Below are positions 1 to 11,991 of a DNA stretch of 64,000 nt, piece after piece. The position numbers were made by a program, and so were the translations under genes. The notes beneath the pieces are model-generated. The model ran no database searches. It worked only from the letters and a program-made list of their open reading frames with translations, and was not told the origin of the DNA. The stretch lies in NCBI RefSeq assembly GCF_003018115.1, contig NZ_CP027457.1; one strand, given 5' to 3'. How positions within the stretch are numbered: position 1 is the first letter of the stretch; each line of letters begins with the position of its first letter. This stretch comes from Escherichia coli (lineage in GTDB: Bacteria > Pseudomonadota > Gammaproteobacteria > Enterobacterales > Enterobacteriaceae).

Positions 1-2796
1 ATAACCATTAGGGAAAATGCTCGTGTTCGTGCCACCAAATGCACCGGAACTCTTGTGTTGGTGCGCACCGGCACTATTTGCGGTCCCGCTAATACTATGG
101 GTATGCGCCCCGGTGTTATTCGTGGATTTGGTTCCGTAATCAAACGACGATGTGGTTTTCGTCCCCAAATCCGTACTGGATGCGCTGGCGCTGTGGGTGT
201 GCGATTTAATGCCGTCCTGTTCCTGAGATAATACGGCCCGACCACTGGCGGGCTTGCCCTTAATCGTCCAGCCACGCATATCAGGGATCACGCCTGACGG
301 ATAAGCAACTGCAAGTTTCGGGTATGCAGATTTGTCAAAAGTCTGCCCCTGCATCAGGGCATAACCAGACGGAACGGTATCTGATGGCCACGGGATTGGT
401 GCACCGACTGGATAAAACTCTGCAGGAGGATGAGCCGAGGTGTAAAGCTGCGCCCACGGCGACCAGTTTGCGTCGGTCGTATCCCGTCGTGAACGAATAA
501 ATGCCGGAGCATGAGCACCGCTTGTACCACTCCAGCCGATGAGTAACTCACCTTCGCCAACGGCTGTCATCCCTTTCAGGTGAATGATATTTCCATACGC
601 TGTTGGATATCCGTTGTTATACACCTCGTATAACTCAAGACCTGCTGCCCCCTGCGTATTGTCTGTCAGCGCGGTTACCCGACCTTTTGAAGCCAGATTA
701 ACTGATGATACTGCTGTTCCACCTGACGGTAACGCCCCGATCTCTGATGCCGTTGGCTTATTTCTGGAGTTATAGTCCCTTCGCCAGCCAGGTGAATAAT
801 CTGTTCCGTGATTAATATAGGTAAACTGGGCGTTAGTTGTTCCACCACCAGTGGAGGTGGTCGGTGTGGTAATGCGGATCGTCATCGCTGACTTTATCCC
901 CATTACTTCAATGACAGCTCCGGCGAGATGAATATTACCGCAGTCAGTATCAGTAATGATTTTATTATTGCCATAAGACCAGGAACCCTTGCACATCCAG
1001 TATGGATGGTTAAATGCTCCCTGAGAATCCAGCCACTCGATAAACTGTGCAGTCGTCCAGTTTCCTGTTGTTGTGCTTACTGACCCACCGAAGGCACGGC
1101 AGGCACCAATATTTTTCGTAAAGGTATCTTTGCCAGGGATATCCGCACCGTTCTGATCTTTCTGCAGACGTTTCTCAGCATTGTCATTGGCTGCTTTTAC
1201 TGCCTTTGGTGTCGCGGCAAGCGTTTCAGACGTGCTGTTGGTCGCGCTGCTTAGCTGGATTATCCCTTTCTGTGCTGTCGTTGCATCCTGTGCGGTGTAT
1301 TTCCCGTTAGCCAGGTCATACGCGGCCTTAACGGCTTTTGGTGTTGCCGCCAGTGACTCGGAAGTGCTGTTAGTCGCACTACTGAGCTGTACTATCCCCT
1401 TTTTCGTCGTGCTCGCATCCTCAAGCGCCACGGCGGATGCAATATCCTCTGCCCGTTTTGCTGCTGTCTCGGCGCGCGTTGCTGCGGATTCTGCCGTACT
1501 TTTGCTCTGAGCTGCCGCCGTCGCACTGCCAGCAGCCTCTGTCGCCTTCGTGGATGCCGTCGTGGCGCTGCTCTTCGCTGCTGACGCTTGTCTGGTCGCC
1601 TCATCTTTTGAAGCAGACGCCGATGATGCCGATGACGCCGCCGAACTGGCTGACGATGCGGCAGCCGTTTTTGAGGATTCTGCGCTGGTTTCCGACGCTT
1701 TCGCGTTCGTTTCGGATGTCTTCGCTGCGGAAGCAGACCTCGCTGCTGCGCTGGCCTGTTCAGTGGCTTCGCCAGCCTTCGTTGTGGCTGTTGAAGCAGA
1801 CGATGCGGCGCTTTCTGCCGATTTTCCGGCGGCGGTGGCACTGGCTGAGGCCTGCCCGGCACTTGTTGACGCTGCACTGGCAGACGACGCAGCCGCTGTT
1901 TTTGAGCCTGCCGCAGCCGAGGCGCTCTGTCCCGCTGCCGTTTCAGAAGACCTGGCGTTCGTCTCTGACGTTTTTGCCGCCTTCGCGGAATTTCCTGCCG
2001 CTGTTGCCGAGGAAGCTGCGCTACTGGCGCTCGAGGATGCGTTCGTTTCTGATGATTTTGCCGCCTCTTTTGAAGCCGACGCATCCCGGGCTGAGGTGGC
2101 AGCTTCTGACGCTTTCGTGGTCGCGGTGGATGCAGAAGTGGCTGCTGATTGTTGTGACGCTGCAGCATTCGTTTCTGACGTTTTCGCGGCACTGGCACTG
2201 GTAGCTGCCGCGCTTTTTGAGGACTCTGCAGCGGCAGCACTTTTTGATGCTTCAGTGGCCTTTGTTGATGCCGTTCCTGCGCTGGAAGACGCTGACTGAG
2301 CCGACGAAGCGGCCTGTCCGGCTGACGTGCTGGCTGCGCGTGCTGAGCCTGCAGCATCAGTCGCATGGGTTGCCGCCTCACGGGCAGATGTGCCGGCATC
2401 GCCGGCTGACTTCTTCGCGGCTGCCGTGTTCTGTGCCACCGCGGACGCGTTACGCGCCACCTCTTCCACCATCAGTTCAAAACGGCGCAGAGCCTCCGGA
2501 CGGGCATCATCCTCCGTCATGGCACCGAGAAAATCATTCAGCGTACCGGGTCGGGAATCTTCATACACGGTGATGGTCCCGGCATGTGACGGCGGGAATC
2601 CTTCCACCAACAGAATAACGCTGTACTGACCGTACTCAACGTCCATGCTGTAACGCCCGGCTTCATCCGGATTTTCTGAGGCCAGCGTGTTCACCACCAC
2701 CGCGGTGCTGTTACGTTTTGCTTTCAGCTGGATTGTGCAGTTCTGTACCGGTTTTCCTGTGCCGTCTTTCAGTACACCTGAAATCTTTACTGCCAT
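1..2796 (-). CDS. stf: Side tail fibre protein Stf, partial (C-terminal part beyond window start)
   Basis: Minus-strand frame open from ATG near 2796 to window edge; N-terminus [31 protein letters not shown] matches lambda Stf; long Ala/Ser-rich repeats; not in ORF track because no stop inside window. Confidence 0.8.
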   Translation of the reverse strand, partial: MAVKISGVLKDGTGKPVQNCTIQLKAKRNSTAVVVNTLASENPDEAGRYSMDVEYGQYSVILLVEGFPPSHAGTITVYEDSRPGTLNDFLGAMTEDDARPEALRRFELMVEEVARNASAVAQNTAAAKKSAGDAGTSAREAATHATDAAGSARAASTSAGQAASSAQSASSSAGTASTKATEASKSAAAAESSKSAAATSASAAKTSETNAAASQQSAATSASTATTKASEAATSARDASASKEAAKSSETNASSSASSAASSATAAGNSAKAAKTSETNARSSETAAGQSASAAAGSKTAAASSASAASTSAGQASASATAAGKSAESAASSASTATTKAGEATEQASAAARSASAAKTSETNAKASETSAESSKTAAASSASSAASSASSASASKDEATRQASAAKSSATTASTKATEAAGSATAAAQSKSTAESAATRAETAAKRAEDIASAVALEDASTTKKGIVQLSSATNSTSESLAATPKAVKAAYDLANGKYTAQDATTAQKGIIQLSSATNSTSETLAATPKAVKAANDNAEKRLQKDQNGADIPGKDTFTKNIGACRAFGGSVSTTTGNWTTAQFIEWLDSQGAFNHPYWMCKGSWSYGNNKIITDTDCGNIHLAGAVIEVMGIKSAMTIRITTPTTSTGGGTTNAQFTYINHGTDYSPGWRRDYNSRNKPTASEIGALPSGGTAVSSVNLASKGRVTALTDNTQGAAGLELYEVYNNGYPTAYGNIIHLKGMTAVGEGELLIGWSGTSGAHAPAFIRSRRDTTDANWSPWAQLYTSAHPPAEFYPVGAPIPWPSDTVPSGYALMQGQTFDKSAYPKLAVAYPSGVIPDMRGWTIKGKPASGRAVLSQEQDGIKSHTHSASASSTDLGTKTTSSFDYGTKSTNNTGAHTHSISGTANSAGAHQHKSSGAFGGTNTSIFPNGY

Positions 2797-2805
2797 ATTC
2801 ACCCC

Positions 2806-2832
2806 ACAAAAAAGCCCGCCTGAACAGGCGGG
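2806..2832 (-). terminator. Rho-independent terminator downstream of lom
   Basis: Inverted repeat GCCCGCCTG-loop-CAGGCGGGC followed by T-run on minus strand. Confidence 0.5.
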
Positions 2833-2860
2833 CTGTCATAACACTGTGTTACCTGGCTAA

Positions 2861-3460
2861 TCAGAACTTATAACCGACACCCACGATGAAACCGTCAGTG
2901 CGCCAGTCGCCACTGCCGGAGCCTTCATAAGCAATATCAATGGCCACGGATTCGGTCGGGTTAAACTGCACGCCAGCTCCCCACGCCAGAGACGTGTTGC
3001 TGTGGCGACCGTCATCACTTCCGGTCAGCACGTCGTGCGTTTTCCCCTTGTTGTCAGTTACGCGGAGATAATCCCCGGAGAAAGTCGACACACGGCTGTA
3101 AGCCATACCCGCCATCGCATACGCGCTGAACCATTCATTCACGCGCACAGACGGCCCCACCATCACGCTGAACCAGCGGTTACGCACGGAATCTTCATGC
3201 CAGCGGGTATCGCTGTAACGGGTAAGCTGGCGATTCTTGTCTCCTGCATAGCTGAATGACGTCACCAGCCCCAGTGTGTCCGTAAACTCATAACGGTATT
3301 TCACGTTAATCCCGTTAAGATCATCGCTGCCGGGAACGTTCGTCGAGGCATGAAGATACCCCGCGCTCAGCGTGGACTGATGTTCAGATGCCCATGCAGG
3401 CGCACCGGATACGGCCAGACAAATGGCTGCGGACAAAATGGCGGCATAAAGTTTACGCAT
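2861..3460 (-). CDS. lom: Outer membrane protein Lom (Ail/Lom family)
   Basis: 199 aa, signal peptide, beta-barrel-like sequence recognised as lambda Lom; position after J. Confidence 0.9.
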
Positions 3461-3482
3461 AATTACCTCTCGCTTTTCTGCA

Positions 3483-3512
3483 ATAAAAAAGGCACCATTT
3501 CTGGTGCCCTTA
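3483..3512 (-). terminator. Hairpin plus T-tract between J and lom (candidate terminator)
   Basis: GGCACC-AGAAAT-GGTGCC stem followed by TTTTTT on minus strand. Confidence 0.45.
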
Positions 3513-3529
3513 TATGGGTTATAACAATT

Positions 3530-6500
3530 TCAACGAATACTGATGCCGGAAGCGGCTTTTTTGGTCACAATCACCGTACAGTCGGTGATATTGCCTGCCC
3601 CCTGATTGCCTTTCTGGAAAATCTTAAACTCCAGAGTGACGCTACCACCACCACTAGGCATATCAATAACTGCACTGTAACTACCGGGAATGGCCCCTTT
3701 AGTTTCTCTGGATGCGATTAATACGCCGTTTTTGCGAACTTCAAAACCATAACCCGTGTATCGCGTGCCTCCTGGGTTATTTCCGCTCCCCGGATCGTCA
3801 TACGCTATACCGTTAAAAATAATGGGCGGAATAATAATCTGGCGGTCAAAGTTATGATCATCGCTGATGGTGACTGTAACCGTACCGTTTGGTGTTTCCG
3901 TGTTACCCCACGTACCGACTTTTTTCGGGAAGGCTTTTGATACAGCTTTAACGAAATCCCCTCTGACCTGGGTCGCCTCCAGCATGCCCTTAATCGTACA
4001 GTTCTGGTTAATCGTGACATTGTTGAGCGTTCCTGAGTTCGCATTCACACTACCACTGATATCCGCATTTTTAGCGGTCAGCTTTCCGTCTGATGTCAGG
4101 GAAAATACCGGAGGACTGCCACCGCTGGTAATGGTGGGGGCCGTCAGGCGTTTCAGGAACACTTCATTCATGAATATCTGATCGCCCTGACCAACAAACA
4201 TCGGCTTTGTGTTGCCATTCGCAGGATTAATCATCGCAATCCTGTCTGCTGCCAGCAGCACCTGACTCTGCATGCCGTCAGGGGTGTTCTCAATACCGGC
4301 ACCGATACCCGCAATATAAAGGCGTCCGTCCTGCATCTGCTGCAGCTTCACTGCCCACATGCTGTTCAGGTTATTATTTGTATCAACCTGAACCTTCTGT
4401 ATCTGCTGGATTGCCGCACTCTGGTCTTCCAGTTTCTTATTGACGGTCTGTGTTATTTCATTGCTGACATCCGTTATGGACGTCCTGATTTCAGTCAGGT
4501 CAGGCGCAAGCTGACCGTTATCAATCTGCGTCCACAGCTCCTGAGCCAGATGGGTTTTCCCTATCTCGCCTTTGAAAAAATCCAGATAGCCTGATGCATC
4601 ATCACTCGGCTGACCGACAGCCTCCACGAATGCCGATTTGCCAACGGTGTTCACACTGCGAACGTAAAAATAATAATCATGGCCCGGTTTGATATTGATA
4701 CTGGCGGCTATCCAGTACAGTGCCGTACCAAGATAACGCGCGCTGGTTTCAACCTGCCTGATATCCGCAATCCGTTTTTCCGAGAACCAGAACTCAAACT
4801 GTACCGTCGGGTCATAAACCGCAAGATGCGGCGTGGCGGTTATCTGAAAATAGCCCGGCGTCAGCTCAATCCGCGACGGCGCTGCCGGTGCGGCAATCCG
4901 GAACGATACCGACGCCGGATCGCCCTGCTGCCCCCACGCATTTACTGCCCGGACTGTCAGCCTGTAGTTCCCCAGAGCCAGTTGTGTGAAGCGGTAAGTG
5001 GTTTCCGTCGTCCGGGCCGTGCTGACCAGCCGCTCACGGCCGTCATCCGCTGCCACGGTCAGGCGAAGCAGGAAGCTCACGCCCTTCACCACCTTCGGCG
5101 TGTCCCAGCGCGCCAGCACCTGGTATTCCCCGCTGTCTGCGGTGACTTCTGCGGTCAGGTGCTGCACCGCTGGCGGCGTGACACCATTTACCGTGCCGCT
5201 CTGGTCGCCGTCAAAGTGCGCCCCGTTATCCACGATGGCCTCTTTTTCCGGTACATGCTGCACGGCGGTGATGGCATACGTGCCGTCGTCGTTCTCACGG
5301 ATACTCACGCAGCGGAACAGGCGCTGGCGCAACGTCGACAGCTTCAGCCCCCATACGCTGTATTCAGCAACGCCGTCAGGAACACGGCTCACTTTCACCT
5401 TCACGCCGTCGGTGACGGACTGAACCTCCACGCTGACCGGACTCCCCTGCCCGTCAACCAGGCTTATCAGCGTGGTGCCGGAAGATGGCAGCGTGATTTC
5501 ACGGTCGAGCGTCAGCGTCCGGGTCTGGCTGTTTACCGCCAGCACGCGCCCGCCGGTGCGGATACCGGCATAGTCATCATCGCAGATTTCAATGACATCG
5601 CCCGGTACATGGCGAAGCCCTTCGGCACCCACGCTGAAGTCCACGGTCTGCGTTTCCAGCAGTTCTGTTTTAATCAGCCACAGCCCGGCGCGGTGTGCCT
5701 GCCCCCGGCTGGTACAGCCAAAAGCATCCATCTTCGTGACGTTACGACCGTAACGGGCAATGGCCTGCGTGTCCTCCACAAGCTCTGTCGCCGTCTCCCA
5801 GCCGTTATTCGGGTCAATCCAGTTCACCTCAACGGCATTATGGCGGTCCTTCAGGGCGCTGAAGCTGTAGCGGAACGGCGCACCATCATCCGGCATCACC
5901 ACATTACTGCGGTTATAGGTCCACACCTTATCCGACGGTCGGTCCTGCACGAACGTCAGCGTCTGCCCGTTCCATACCGGCATACAGCGCATCGCAGAGC
6001 AGAAATCACTGAGCACATCCCACGCCTTGCGCTGTGTGGTCAGGTACGCATTACAGGTGATGCGCGGCTCTGTGCCGCCAAAACCGTCCGGCACCGACTG
6101 ATCGCAATGCTGGCCGATGACATACAGCGCCCATTTGTCCACATCCGCCGCACCAAGACGTTTCCCCATGCCGTAGCGCGGATGGGTCAGCATATCCCAC
6201 AGACACCAGGCCATGTTGTTGCTGTATGCTGGCTTAAACGTTCCGTCCCAGATACCGCTGTATTGCCGCGTCTGCGGGTTATAGTTCGACGGCACCTGCA
6301 GAATGCGCCCGCGCAGATGATAATTACGGCTCACCTGCTGGCTGCCGAACTGCTCCGAATCCACCTGCACGCCGACCAGTGCCGTGTTCGGGTAGCACTG
6401 TTTCACATCGATGATTTCGGTGTATGACGACCAGAGCGTTTTGTTCTGCAGCTGGTCTGTGGTGCTGTCCGGCGTCATCCTGCGCATCCGTATATTGAAC

Positions 6501-7027
6501 GGGCGCGGCGGCAGGTTACCCACCACCACCGAGGCCAGATACTGCGAGGTGGTTTTGCCCTTAATGGTGATGTCTTTTTCCGTCACCCAGCCACCATTAC
6601 GCTGGATCTGAACCAGCAGGCGGACTTCCGACGGATTCCGGTCCCCCTTTGAGGTGGTTTCCACCAGTGCCTGCACGCCGAAGGTAAAGCGCAGACGGTC
6701 GATGTTTGCAGACGTAATGGTGCGGGTGATCGGCGTGTCATATTTCACTTCCGTACCCAGCACCGTCTCGGAGCCGGAGGATTCAAACCCCTCCGGCGGT
6801 GTCTGCTCCTGCTCACCGGCACGGAACACCACCGTGACACCGGAGATGTTGGTATTCCCCTCAGTGTCCAGCACCGGCGTACTGTTCAGCAGCACGCTTT
6901 TTAATCCATCCACCGGACCTTCAACCGGCCCTTCGCTGATGGCATCGATCACACTCAGCAGCTGCGTGGACTTCAGGTTGTCCTTCGCTTCGCGCGGGGT
7001 ATGCCCCTTACTGCTGCCTTTACCCAT
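3530..7027 (-). CDS. J: Tail tip / host specificity protein J (central tail fibre), C-terminal domain divergent from lambda
   Basis: 1165 aa; N-terminal ~840 aa recognised as lambda J; last ~320 aa differ. Confidence 0.95.
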   Translation of the reverse strand: MGKGSSKGHTPREAKDNLKSTQLLSVIDAISEGPVEGPVDGLKSVLLNSTPVLDTEGNTNISGVTVVFRAGEQEQTPPEGFESSGSETVLGTEVKYDTPITRTITSANIDRLRFTFGVQALVETTSKGDRNPSEVRLLVQIQRNGGWVTEKDITIKGKTTSQYLASVVVGNLPPRPFNIRMRRMTPDSTTDQLQNKTLWSSYTEIIDVKQCYPNTALVGVQVDSEQFGSQQVSRNYHLRGRILQVPSNYNPQTRQYSGIWDGTFKPAYSNNMAWCLWDMLTHPRYGMGKRLGAADVDKWALYVIGQHCDQSVPDGFGGTEPRITCNAYLTTQRKAWDVLSDFCSAMRCMPVWNGQTLTFVQDRPSDKVWTYNRSNVVMPDDGAPFRYSFSALKDRHNAVEVNWIDPNNGWETATELVEDTQAIARYGRNVTKMDAFGCTSRGQAHRAGLWLIKTELLETQTVDFSVGAEGLRHVPGDVIEICDDDYAGIRTGGRVLAVNSQTRTLTLDREITLPSSGTTLISLVDGQGSPVSVEVQSVTDGVKVKVSRVPDGVAEYSVWGLKLSTLRQRLFRCVSIRENDDGTYAITAVQHVPEKEAIVDNGAHFDGDQSGTVNGVTPPAVQHLTAEVTADSGEYQVLARWDTPKVVKGVSFLLRLTVAADDGRERLVSTARTTETTYRFTQLALGNYRLTVRAVNAWGQQGDPASVSFRIAAPAAPSRIELTPGYFQITATPHLAVYDPTVQFEFWFSEKRIADIRQVETSARYLGTALYWIAASINIKPGHDYYFYVRSVNTVGKSAFVEAVGQPSDDASGYLDFFKGEIGKTHLAQELWTQIDNGQLAPDLTEIRTSITDVSNEITQTVNKKLEDQSAAIQQIQKVQVDTNNNLNSMWAVKLQQMQDGRLYIAGIGAGIENTPDGMQSQVLLAADRIAMINPANGNTKPMFVGQGDQIFMNEVFLKRLTAPTITSGGSPPVFSLTSDGKLTAKNADISGSVNANSGTLNNVTINQNCTIKGMLEATQVRGDFVKAVSKAFPKKVGTWGNTETPNGTVTVTISDDHNFDRQIIIPPIIFNGIAYDDPGSGNNPGGTRYTGYGFEVRKNGVLIASRETKGAIPGSYSAVIDMPSGGGSVTLEFKIFQKGNQGAGNITDCTVIVTKKAASGISIR

Positions 7028-7087
7028 TCCTCACGCTCCATAAATGACAAAACCGCCCGCAGGCGGTTTCACATAAAACATTTTGCA

Positions 7088-7759
7088 TCAGCGACCAATC
7101 ACCACAACCTGACCACCGTCCCCTTCGTCTGCCGTGCTGATCTCCTGAGAAACCACGCGAGACCCCACGCGCATTTCCCCGTACAGAACAGGCAGAACAT
7201 TGCCCTGGGCAACCATGTTATCCAGTGAGGAGAAATAGGTGTTCTGCTTACCGTTATCCGTTGTCTGTGTACGGGGAGTTCTGGCTTTCGGTGCCAGCAT
7301 CTGCGCCACACCACCGAGCACCATACTGGCACCGAGAGAAAACAGGATGCCGGTCATACCACCGGTCCCAATGGCTGCCCCCCATGCTGCAAGGGTGGCT
7401 CCGGCGGTAAAGAATGATCCGGCAATGGCGGCAGCCCCCAGGACAATCTGGAATACGCCACCTGACTTGGCCCCGGCGACTCTGGGAACAATATGAATCA
7501 CAGCGCCATCAGGCAGAGTCTCATGTAACTGCGCCGTTAACCCGGACGTGCTGACGTCCCGCCCGGCAATCCGTACCTGATACCAGCCGTCGCTCAGTTT
7601 CTGACGAAACGCCGGGAGCTGTGTGGCCAGTGCCCGGATGGCTTCAGCCCCCGTTTTCACACGAAGGTCGATGCGGCGACCAAATCGTTGTAAATCCCCG
7701 TAAAGGCAGATGCGCGCCATGCCCGGTGACGCCAGAGGGAGTGTGTGCGTCGCTGCCAT
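7088..7759 (-). CDS. I: Tail assembly protein I
   Basis: 223 aa, lambda I sequence; overlaps K as in lambda. Confidence 0.9.
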   Translation of the reverse strand: MAATHTLPLASPGMARICLYGDLQRFGRRIDLRVKTGAEAIRALATQLPAFRQKLSDGWYQVRIAGRDVSTSGLTAQLHETLPDGAVIHIVPRVAGAKSGGVFQIVLGAAAIAGSFFTAGATLAAWGAAIGTGGMTGILFSLGASMVLGGVAQMLAPKARTPRTQTTDNGKQNTYFSSLDNMVAQGNVLPVLYGEMRVGSRVVSQEISTADEGDGGQVVVIGR

Positions 7760-8400
7760 TTGTCGGTGTACCTCTCTCGTTTGCTCAGTTGTTCAGGAAT
7801 ATGGTGCAGCAGCTCGCCGTCGCCGCAGTAAATTGCGGCGTGATTCGGCACTGATGAACCAAAACAGCACAGCAGCACATCGCCCGGCTGTGCCGCTGAC
7901 AACGGCACCTGATACAGCCCCGTCGCCTCCAGATTATCCAGATAGAGATTCTGGCCGTTACGCCACCAGTCATCCTCACGATAAAAGTCCGGCATCTCAA
8001 TCCCCGCCAGATGATAAGCATCCCGGAACAGTGTGTAACAGTCCGTCACACCGTGCTCAAAGCGCCGCCCGGTGAGATGCGGCACACAGCGGAACTTATG
8101 AATCGTCCCCCGGCAGACCAGCCACCACGGCAAATCACTCTGCACCTGCAGCCGCCGGTCGGCCTCACTCAGCCAGGGCAGACCACCGGGGTGGCTGTGG
8201 ACCAGCGCCACAATCTCACCCTGCATTTCTGCCTGCAGCCAGTCTTCCGGCGACATACGGAAATACGCCTCCGGCTCACCGGAGATATTCACGCAGGGAA
8301 AATATCTTTCCCCCTCCGGCGTGCTTACCACGAAGCCGCACGACTCCGCTGGCGCACATCGCCGGGCGTGCGCCAGAATCGCTGATTCTGTCTGTGTCAT
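7657..8400 (-). CDS. K: Tail assembly protein K (MPN/JAB plus NlpC/P60-like)
   Basis: 247 aa ORF with HSHPGG motif; lambda K sequence (lambda annotation may use internal start). Confidence 0.9.
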   Translation of the reverse strand: MTQTESAILAHARRCAPAESCGFVVSTPEGERYFPCVNISGEPEAYFRMSPEDWLQAEMQGEIVALVHSHPGGLPWLSEADRRLQVQSDLPWWLVCRGTIHKFRCVPHLTGRRFEHGVTDCYTLFRDAYHLAGIEMPDFYREDDWWRNGQNLYLDNLEATGLYQVPLSAAQPGDVLLCCFGSSVPNHAAIYCGDGELLHHIPEQLSKRERYTDKWQRRTHSLWRHRAWRASAFTGIYNDLVAASTFV

Positions 8401-8405
8401 GGGAT

Positions 8406-9104
8406 TTACTGCGAAAGTTTGTTAATGGAAAGGAAGCTGCCAAAGTTGCCGACATTATTGCGAAACTTACAGCCACTCAGGCATTTGCTGCATTTATCCT
8501 TCGTGATATCGGACGTCGGCTGGTCATATTCATCCGCGACCGCCGGACCGCTATAACCGCACTCATCGCCGCGATAGGTCCAGGTGCAGGTGTTGGCCAG
8601 CATGATACGTCCCGGAAAAACAGCGCCATCCGTTTCCGTCGGCGTGGACAGTACAAAGGAGGCACTCACCGCGCTCAGTTCGCTGCACTGCTCAATGCGC
8701 CAGCGGCTGATCACCTCCTGCTCCGGATCGGCGTAACTGTTTCCGTTGACGAAGTTCACCGCATCCAGAAAACGGGCGTAAACCTTACGCCGGACCACCG
8801 TTCCGCCGACCAGACTCTGCATATCTTCCGCCATCCCGGTGACCATACCGTACAGGTTAGAAACCGTCAGCGTGGGGCGCGTACTGGTGCCTTTGCCATT
8901 CAGTTCAAAACCGCTCCCCTGAATGGGATACGGCTGATACTGTCGCCCCTGCCAGGTGACCGGCTCACCTTTTTCGTTCTGCTCATTACAGAAAAAATAA
9001 CGTTCTCCACCGACCTCTGTCAGGTCGATTTCCCAGAGCACCACGCTGGCCGACTGCTCCGCACGGGTGCATTCATTCAGTGTTTCCTGCCGGATATCCT
9101 GCAT
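8406..9104 (-). CDS. L: Minor tail protein L
   Basis: 232 aa, lambda L sequence. Confidence 0.9.
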   Translation of the reverse strand: MQDIRQETLNECTRAEQSASVVLWEIDLTEVGGERYFFCNEQNEKGEPVTWQGRQYQPYPIQGSGFELNGKGTSTRPTLTVSNLYGMVTGMAEDMQSLVGGTVVRRKVYARFLDAVNFVNGNSYADPEQEVISRWRIEQCSELSAVSASFVLSTPTETDGAVFPGRIMLANTCTWTYRGDECGYSGPAVADEYDQPTSDITKDKCSKCLSGCKFRNNVGNFGSFLSINKLSQ

Positions 9105-9433
9105 CAGTTCACCACCTGTTCAAACTCTGCGCTGAACTCAACACGCAACATACTGACCCGCGACGACCATTTTGCGCAGGTCACCTTTATCTGCCGCCAC
9201 TCATAAGGCGGCGTCCACAGAAAGGATTTCCAGCCCCCGTGCTCTTCCAGAAACGACTCCAGTACCGTGGCCTCCTCACGGGGGACAGAAAGCGTCACGC
9301 TGTACGTTTTCAGGTTGGCATTCAGCCCGGCAGGCGCTCGCTGAGAATAGCCATCACCAAAGCGCACCTTTCTTACAGAAGGGACCGAAGCCACATCCAT
9401 ACCGGGTTTCACTTTCCAGCGGAAGGTCTTCAT
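9104..9433 (-). CDS. M: Minor tail protein M
   Basis: 109 aa, lambda M sequence. Confidence 0.9.
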   Translation of the reverse strand: MKTFRWKVKPGMDVASVPSVRKVRFGDGYSQRAPAGLNANLKTYSVTLSVPREEATVLESFLEEHGGWKSFLWTPPYEWRQIKVTCAKWSSRVSMLRVEFSAEFEQVVN

Positions 9434-11991
9434 CGTCCACCTCCGGAGAACAGGCCACCATCACGCATCTGTGTCTGAATTTCATCACGGGCACCCTTGC
9501 GGGCCATGTCATACACCGCCTTCAGAGCAGCCGGACCTATCTGCCCGTTCGTGCCGTCGTTGTTAATCACCACATGGTTATTCTGCTCAAACGTCCCGGA
9601 CGCCTGCGACCGGCTGTCTGCCATGCTGCCCGGTGTACCGACATAACCGCCGGTGGCATAGCCGCGCATCAGCCGGTAAAGATTCCCCACGCCAATCCGG
9701 CTGGTTGCCTCCTTCGTGAAGACAAATTCACCACGGTGAACAATCCCCGCTGGCTCATATTTGCCGCCGGTTCCCGTAAATCCTCCGGTTGCAAAATGGA
9801 ATTTCGCCGCAGCGGCCTGAATGGCTGTACCGCCTGACGCGGATGCGCCGCCACCAACAGCCCCGCCAATGGCGCTGCCGATACTCCCGACAATCCCCAC
9901 CATTGCCTGCTTAAGCAGAATTTCTGTCATCATGGACAGCACGGAACGGGTGAAGCTGCGCCAGTTCTGCTCACTGCCGGTCAGCATCGCCGCCATATTC
10001 TGTGCAATACCATCAAAGGTCTGCGTGGCTGCACTTTTTACCTGCGACATACTGTCCGTGGCGCTCTCTTCCCACTCACTCCAGCCGGACTTCAGGCCTG
10101 CCATCCAGCTCCCGCGAAGCTGGTCTTCAGCCGCCCAGGTCTTTTTCTGCTCTGACATGACGTTATTCAGCGCCAGCGGATTATCGCCATACTGTTCCTT
10201 CAGGCGCTGTTCCGTGGCTTCCCGTTCTGCCTGCCGGTCAGTCAGCCCCCGGCTTTTCGCATCAATGGCGGCCCGTTTTGCCCGTTGCTGCTGTGCGAAT
10301 TTATCCGCCTGCTGCGCCAGCGCGTTCAGGCGCTCCTGATACGTAACCTTGTCGCCAAGTGCAGCCAGCTGGCGTTTGTACTCCAGCGTCTCATCTTTAT
10401 GCGCCAGCAGGGATTTCTCCTGTGCAGACAGCTGGCGACGTTGCGCCGCCTCCTCCAGTACCGCGAACTGACTCTCCGCCTTCCACAAATCCCGGCGCTG
10501 CTGGCTGATTTTCTCATTTGCTCCGGCATGCTTCTCCAGCGTCCGGAGTTCTGCCTGAAGCGTCAGCAGGGCAGCATGAGCACTGTCTTCCTGACGATCG
10601 CCCGCAGACACCTTCACGCCGGACTGTTTCGGCTTTTTCAGCGTCGCTTCATAATCCTTTTTCGCCGCCGCCATCAGCGTGTTGTAATCCGCCTGCAGGA
10701 TTTTCCCGTCTTTCAGTGCCTTGTTCAGTTCTTCCTGACGGGCGGTATATTTCTCCAGCGGCGTCTGCAGGCGTTCATAAGCCTTCTGCGCCTCTTCGGT
10801 ATATTTCAGCCGTGACGCTTCGGTATCGCTCTGCTGCTGCGCATTTTTGTCCTGTTGACTCTGCTGCTCAGCCTTCTTTCGGGCGGCTTCAAGCGCAAGA
10901 CGGGCCTTTTCACGATCATCCCAGTAACGCGCCCGCGCTTCATCGTTAACAAAATAATCATCCTTGCGCAGATTCCAGATATCGTCCGCTTTCTTAAACG
11001 CGGCCTCTGCCTTAATCAGCATCTCCTGCGCGGTATCAGGACGACCAATATCCAGCACCGCATCCCACATGGATTTGAATGCCCGTGCTGTCCTGTCTGC
11101 CCAGGTTTCCAGCGTGCCCATGTTCTCTTTCAGGCGGCGGGTCTGGTCATCAAACCCTTTCGTTGCGGCCTCGTTCGCCGCCTGCAATGCCCCGGCTTCA
11201 TCGCCGGAACGCTGCAACTGAGCAACATACGCAATCTGCTCCGCCGTCACGTTATGGAACTGGCGTGCCATCGCCGTCAGCCCCGACGTCGGGTCTGTGG
11301 TCAGCTTCCCGAAGGCTTCAGCGACCTTGTCCACCTCCACGCCGGATGCAGAGGAGAAACGCGCCACACTCTGGCTGATGGACGCAATCTGAGCCTCACC
11401 GCTTACCCCCGCCTTAACCAGTGCGCTGAGTGACTCGCTGGTCTGGTTAAACGTCAGCCCTGCCGCCTGCCCGGCTCTGGACAGGACCAGCATACGATCT
11501 GCCGTCAGTCCCGCCTGATTGCCGGAAAGGACCAGCGTTTTGTTGAAATCGGACAGGGTTGAGTTGCCCTGATACCAGGCATACGCCAGCGCTCCGGTCG
11601 CCACCGCCAGCGAGGTAGCCCCCACCATCGGCAGGGTGATCGCACCGGCAAGCCCCCGGAACATGGGGATCATCCCGCCGAAGGAGTCCTTCACCTGACC
11701 CCCCTGTTGCAGCAGGATCAGCCACGGACTTTGCCCGCCTGCAAGCTGCGTGGCCACGTCGGTGAACTGTGCAGGCAGCATACGCATGGCGGCTTTATAC
11801 TGCCCGACGGAAATCCCCGCTTTCTGTGCAGCCAGCGCCTGTCGGCTCAGCGACTGTTCAACGACTGCCGCTGTTTTTTTCGCATCAGTTTCCGTACCGG
11901 AAAAATGACGCCTGACTCTGGCCATCTGCTCGTCAAATCTGGCCGCATCCAGACTTAAATCAACGACCAGATCGCCTACCGGTTCAGCCAT
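9430..11991 (-). CDS. H: Tail tape measure protein H
   Basis: 853 aa, lambda H sequence, coiled-coil rich. Confidence 0.95.
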   Translation of the reverse strand: MAEPVGDLVVDLSLDAARFDEQMARVRRHFSGTETDAKKTAAVVEQSLSRQALAAQKAGISVGQYKAAMRMLPAQFTDVATQLAGGQSPWLILLQQGGQVKDSFGGMIPMFRGLAGAITLPMVGATSLAVATGALAYAWYQGNSTLSDFNKTLVLSGNQAGLTADRMLVLSRAGQAAGLTFNQTSESLSALVKAGVSGEAQIASISQSVARFSSASGVEVDKVAEAFGKLTTDPTSGLTAMARQFHNVTAEQIAYVAQLQRSGDEAGALQAANEAATKGFDDQTRRLKENMGTLETWADRTARAFKSMWDAVLDIGRPDTAQEMLIKAEAAFKKADDIWNLRKDDYFVNDEARARYWDDREKARLALEAARKKAEQQSQQDKNAQQQSDTEASRLKYTEEAQKAYERLQTPLEKYTARQEELNKALKDGKILQADYNTLMAAAKKDYEATLKKPKQSGVKVSAGDRQEDSAHAALLTLQAELRTLEKHAGANEKISQQRRDLWKAESQFAVLEEAAQRRQLSAQEKSLLAHKDETLEYKRQLAALGDKVTYQERLNALAQQADKFAQQQRAKRAAIDAKSRGLTDRQAEREATEQRLKEQYGDNPLALNNVMSEQKKTWAAEDQLRGSWMAGLKSGWSEWEESATDSMSQVKSAATQTFDGIAQNMAAMLTGSEQNWRSFTRSVLSMMTEILLKQAMVGIVGSIGSAIGGAVGGGASASGGTAIQAAAAKFHFATGGFTGTGGKYEPAGIVHRGEFVFTKEATSRIGVGNLYRLMRGYATGGYVGTPGSMADSRSQASGTFEQNNHVVINNDGTNGQIGPAALKAVYDMARKGARDEIQTQMRDGGLFSGGGR

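Noticed and set aside
1550-2299. 249-aa Ala/Asp-rich plus-strand ORF
   Set aside because: Antisense to the stf repeat tract; GC-rich repeats stay open in several frames; no start context or homolog.
1392-2399. 335-aa Arg/Gln-rich minus-strand ORF
   Set aside because: Wrong frame of the stf gene; composition is an artefact of the repeat DNA.
4679-6427. 582-aa plus-strand ORF
   Set aside because: Entirely antisense to J, Arg-rich; J is the real gene.
9821-11433. Several 140-190-aa plus-strand ORFs
   Set aside because: Antisense to tape-measure gene H; no independent support.
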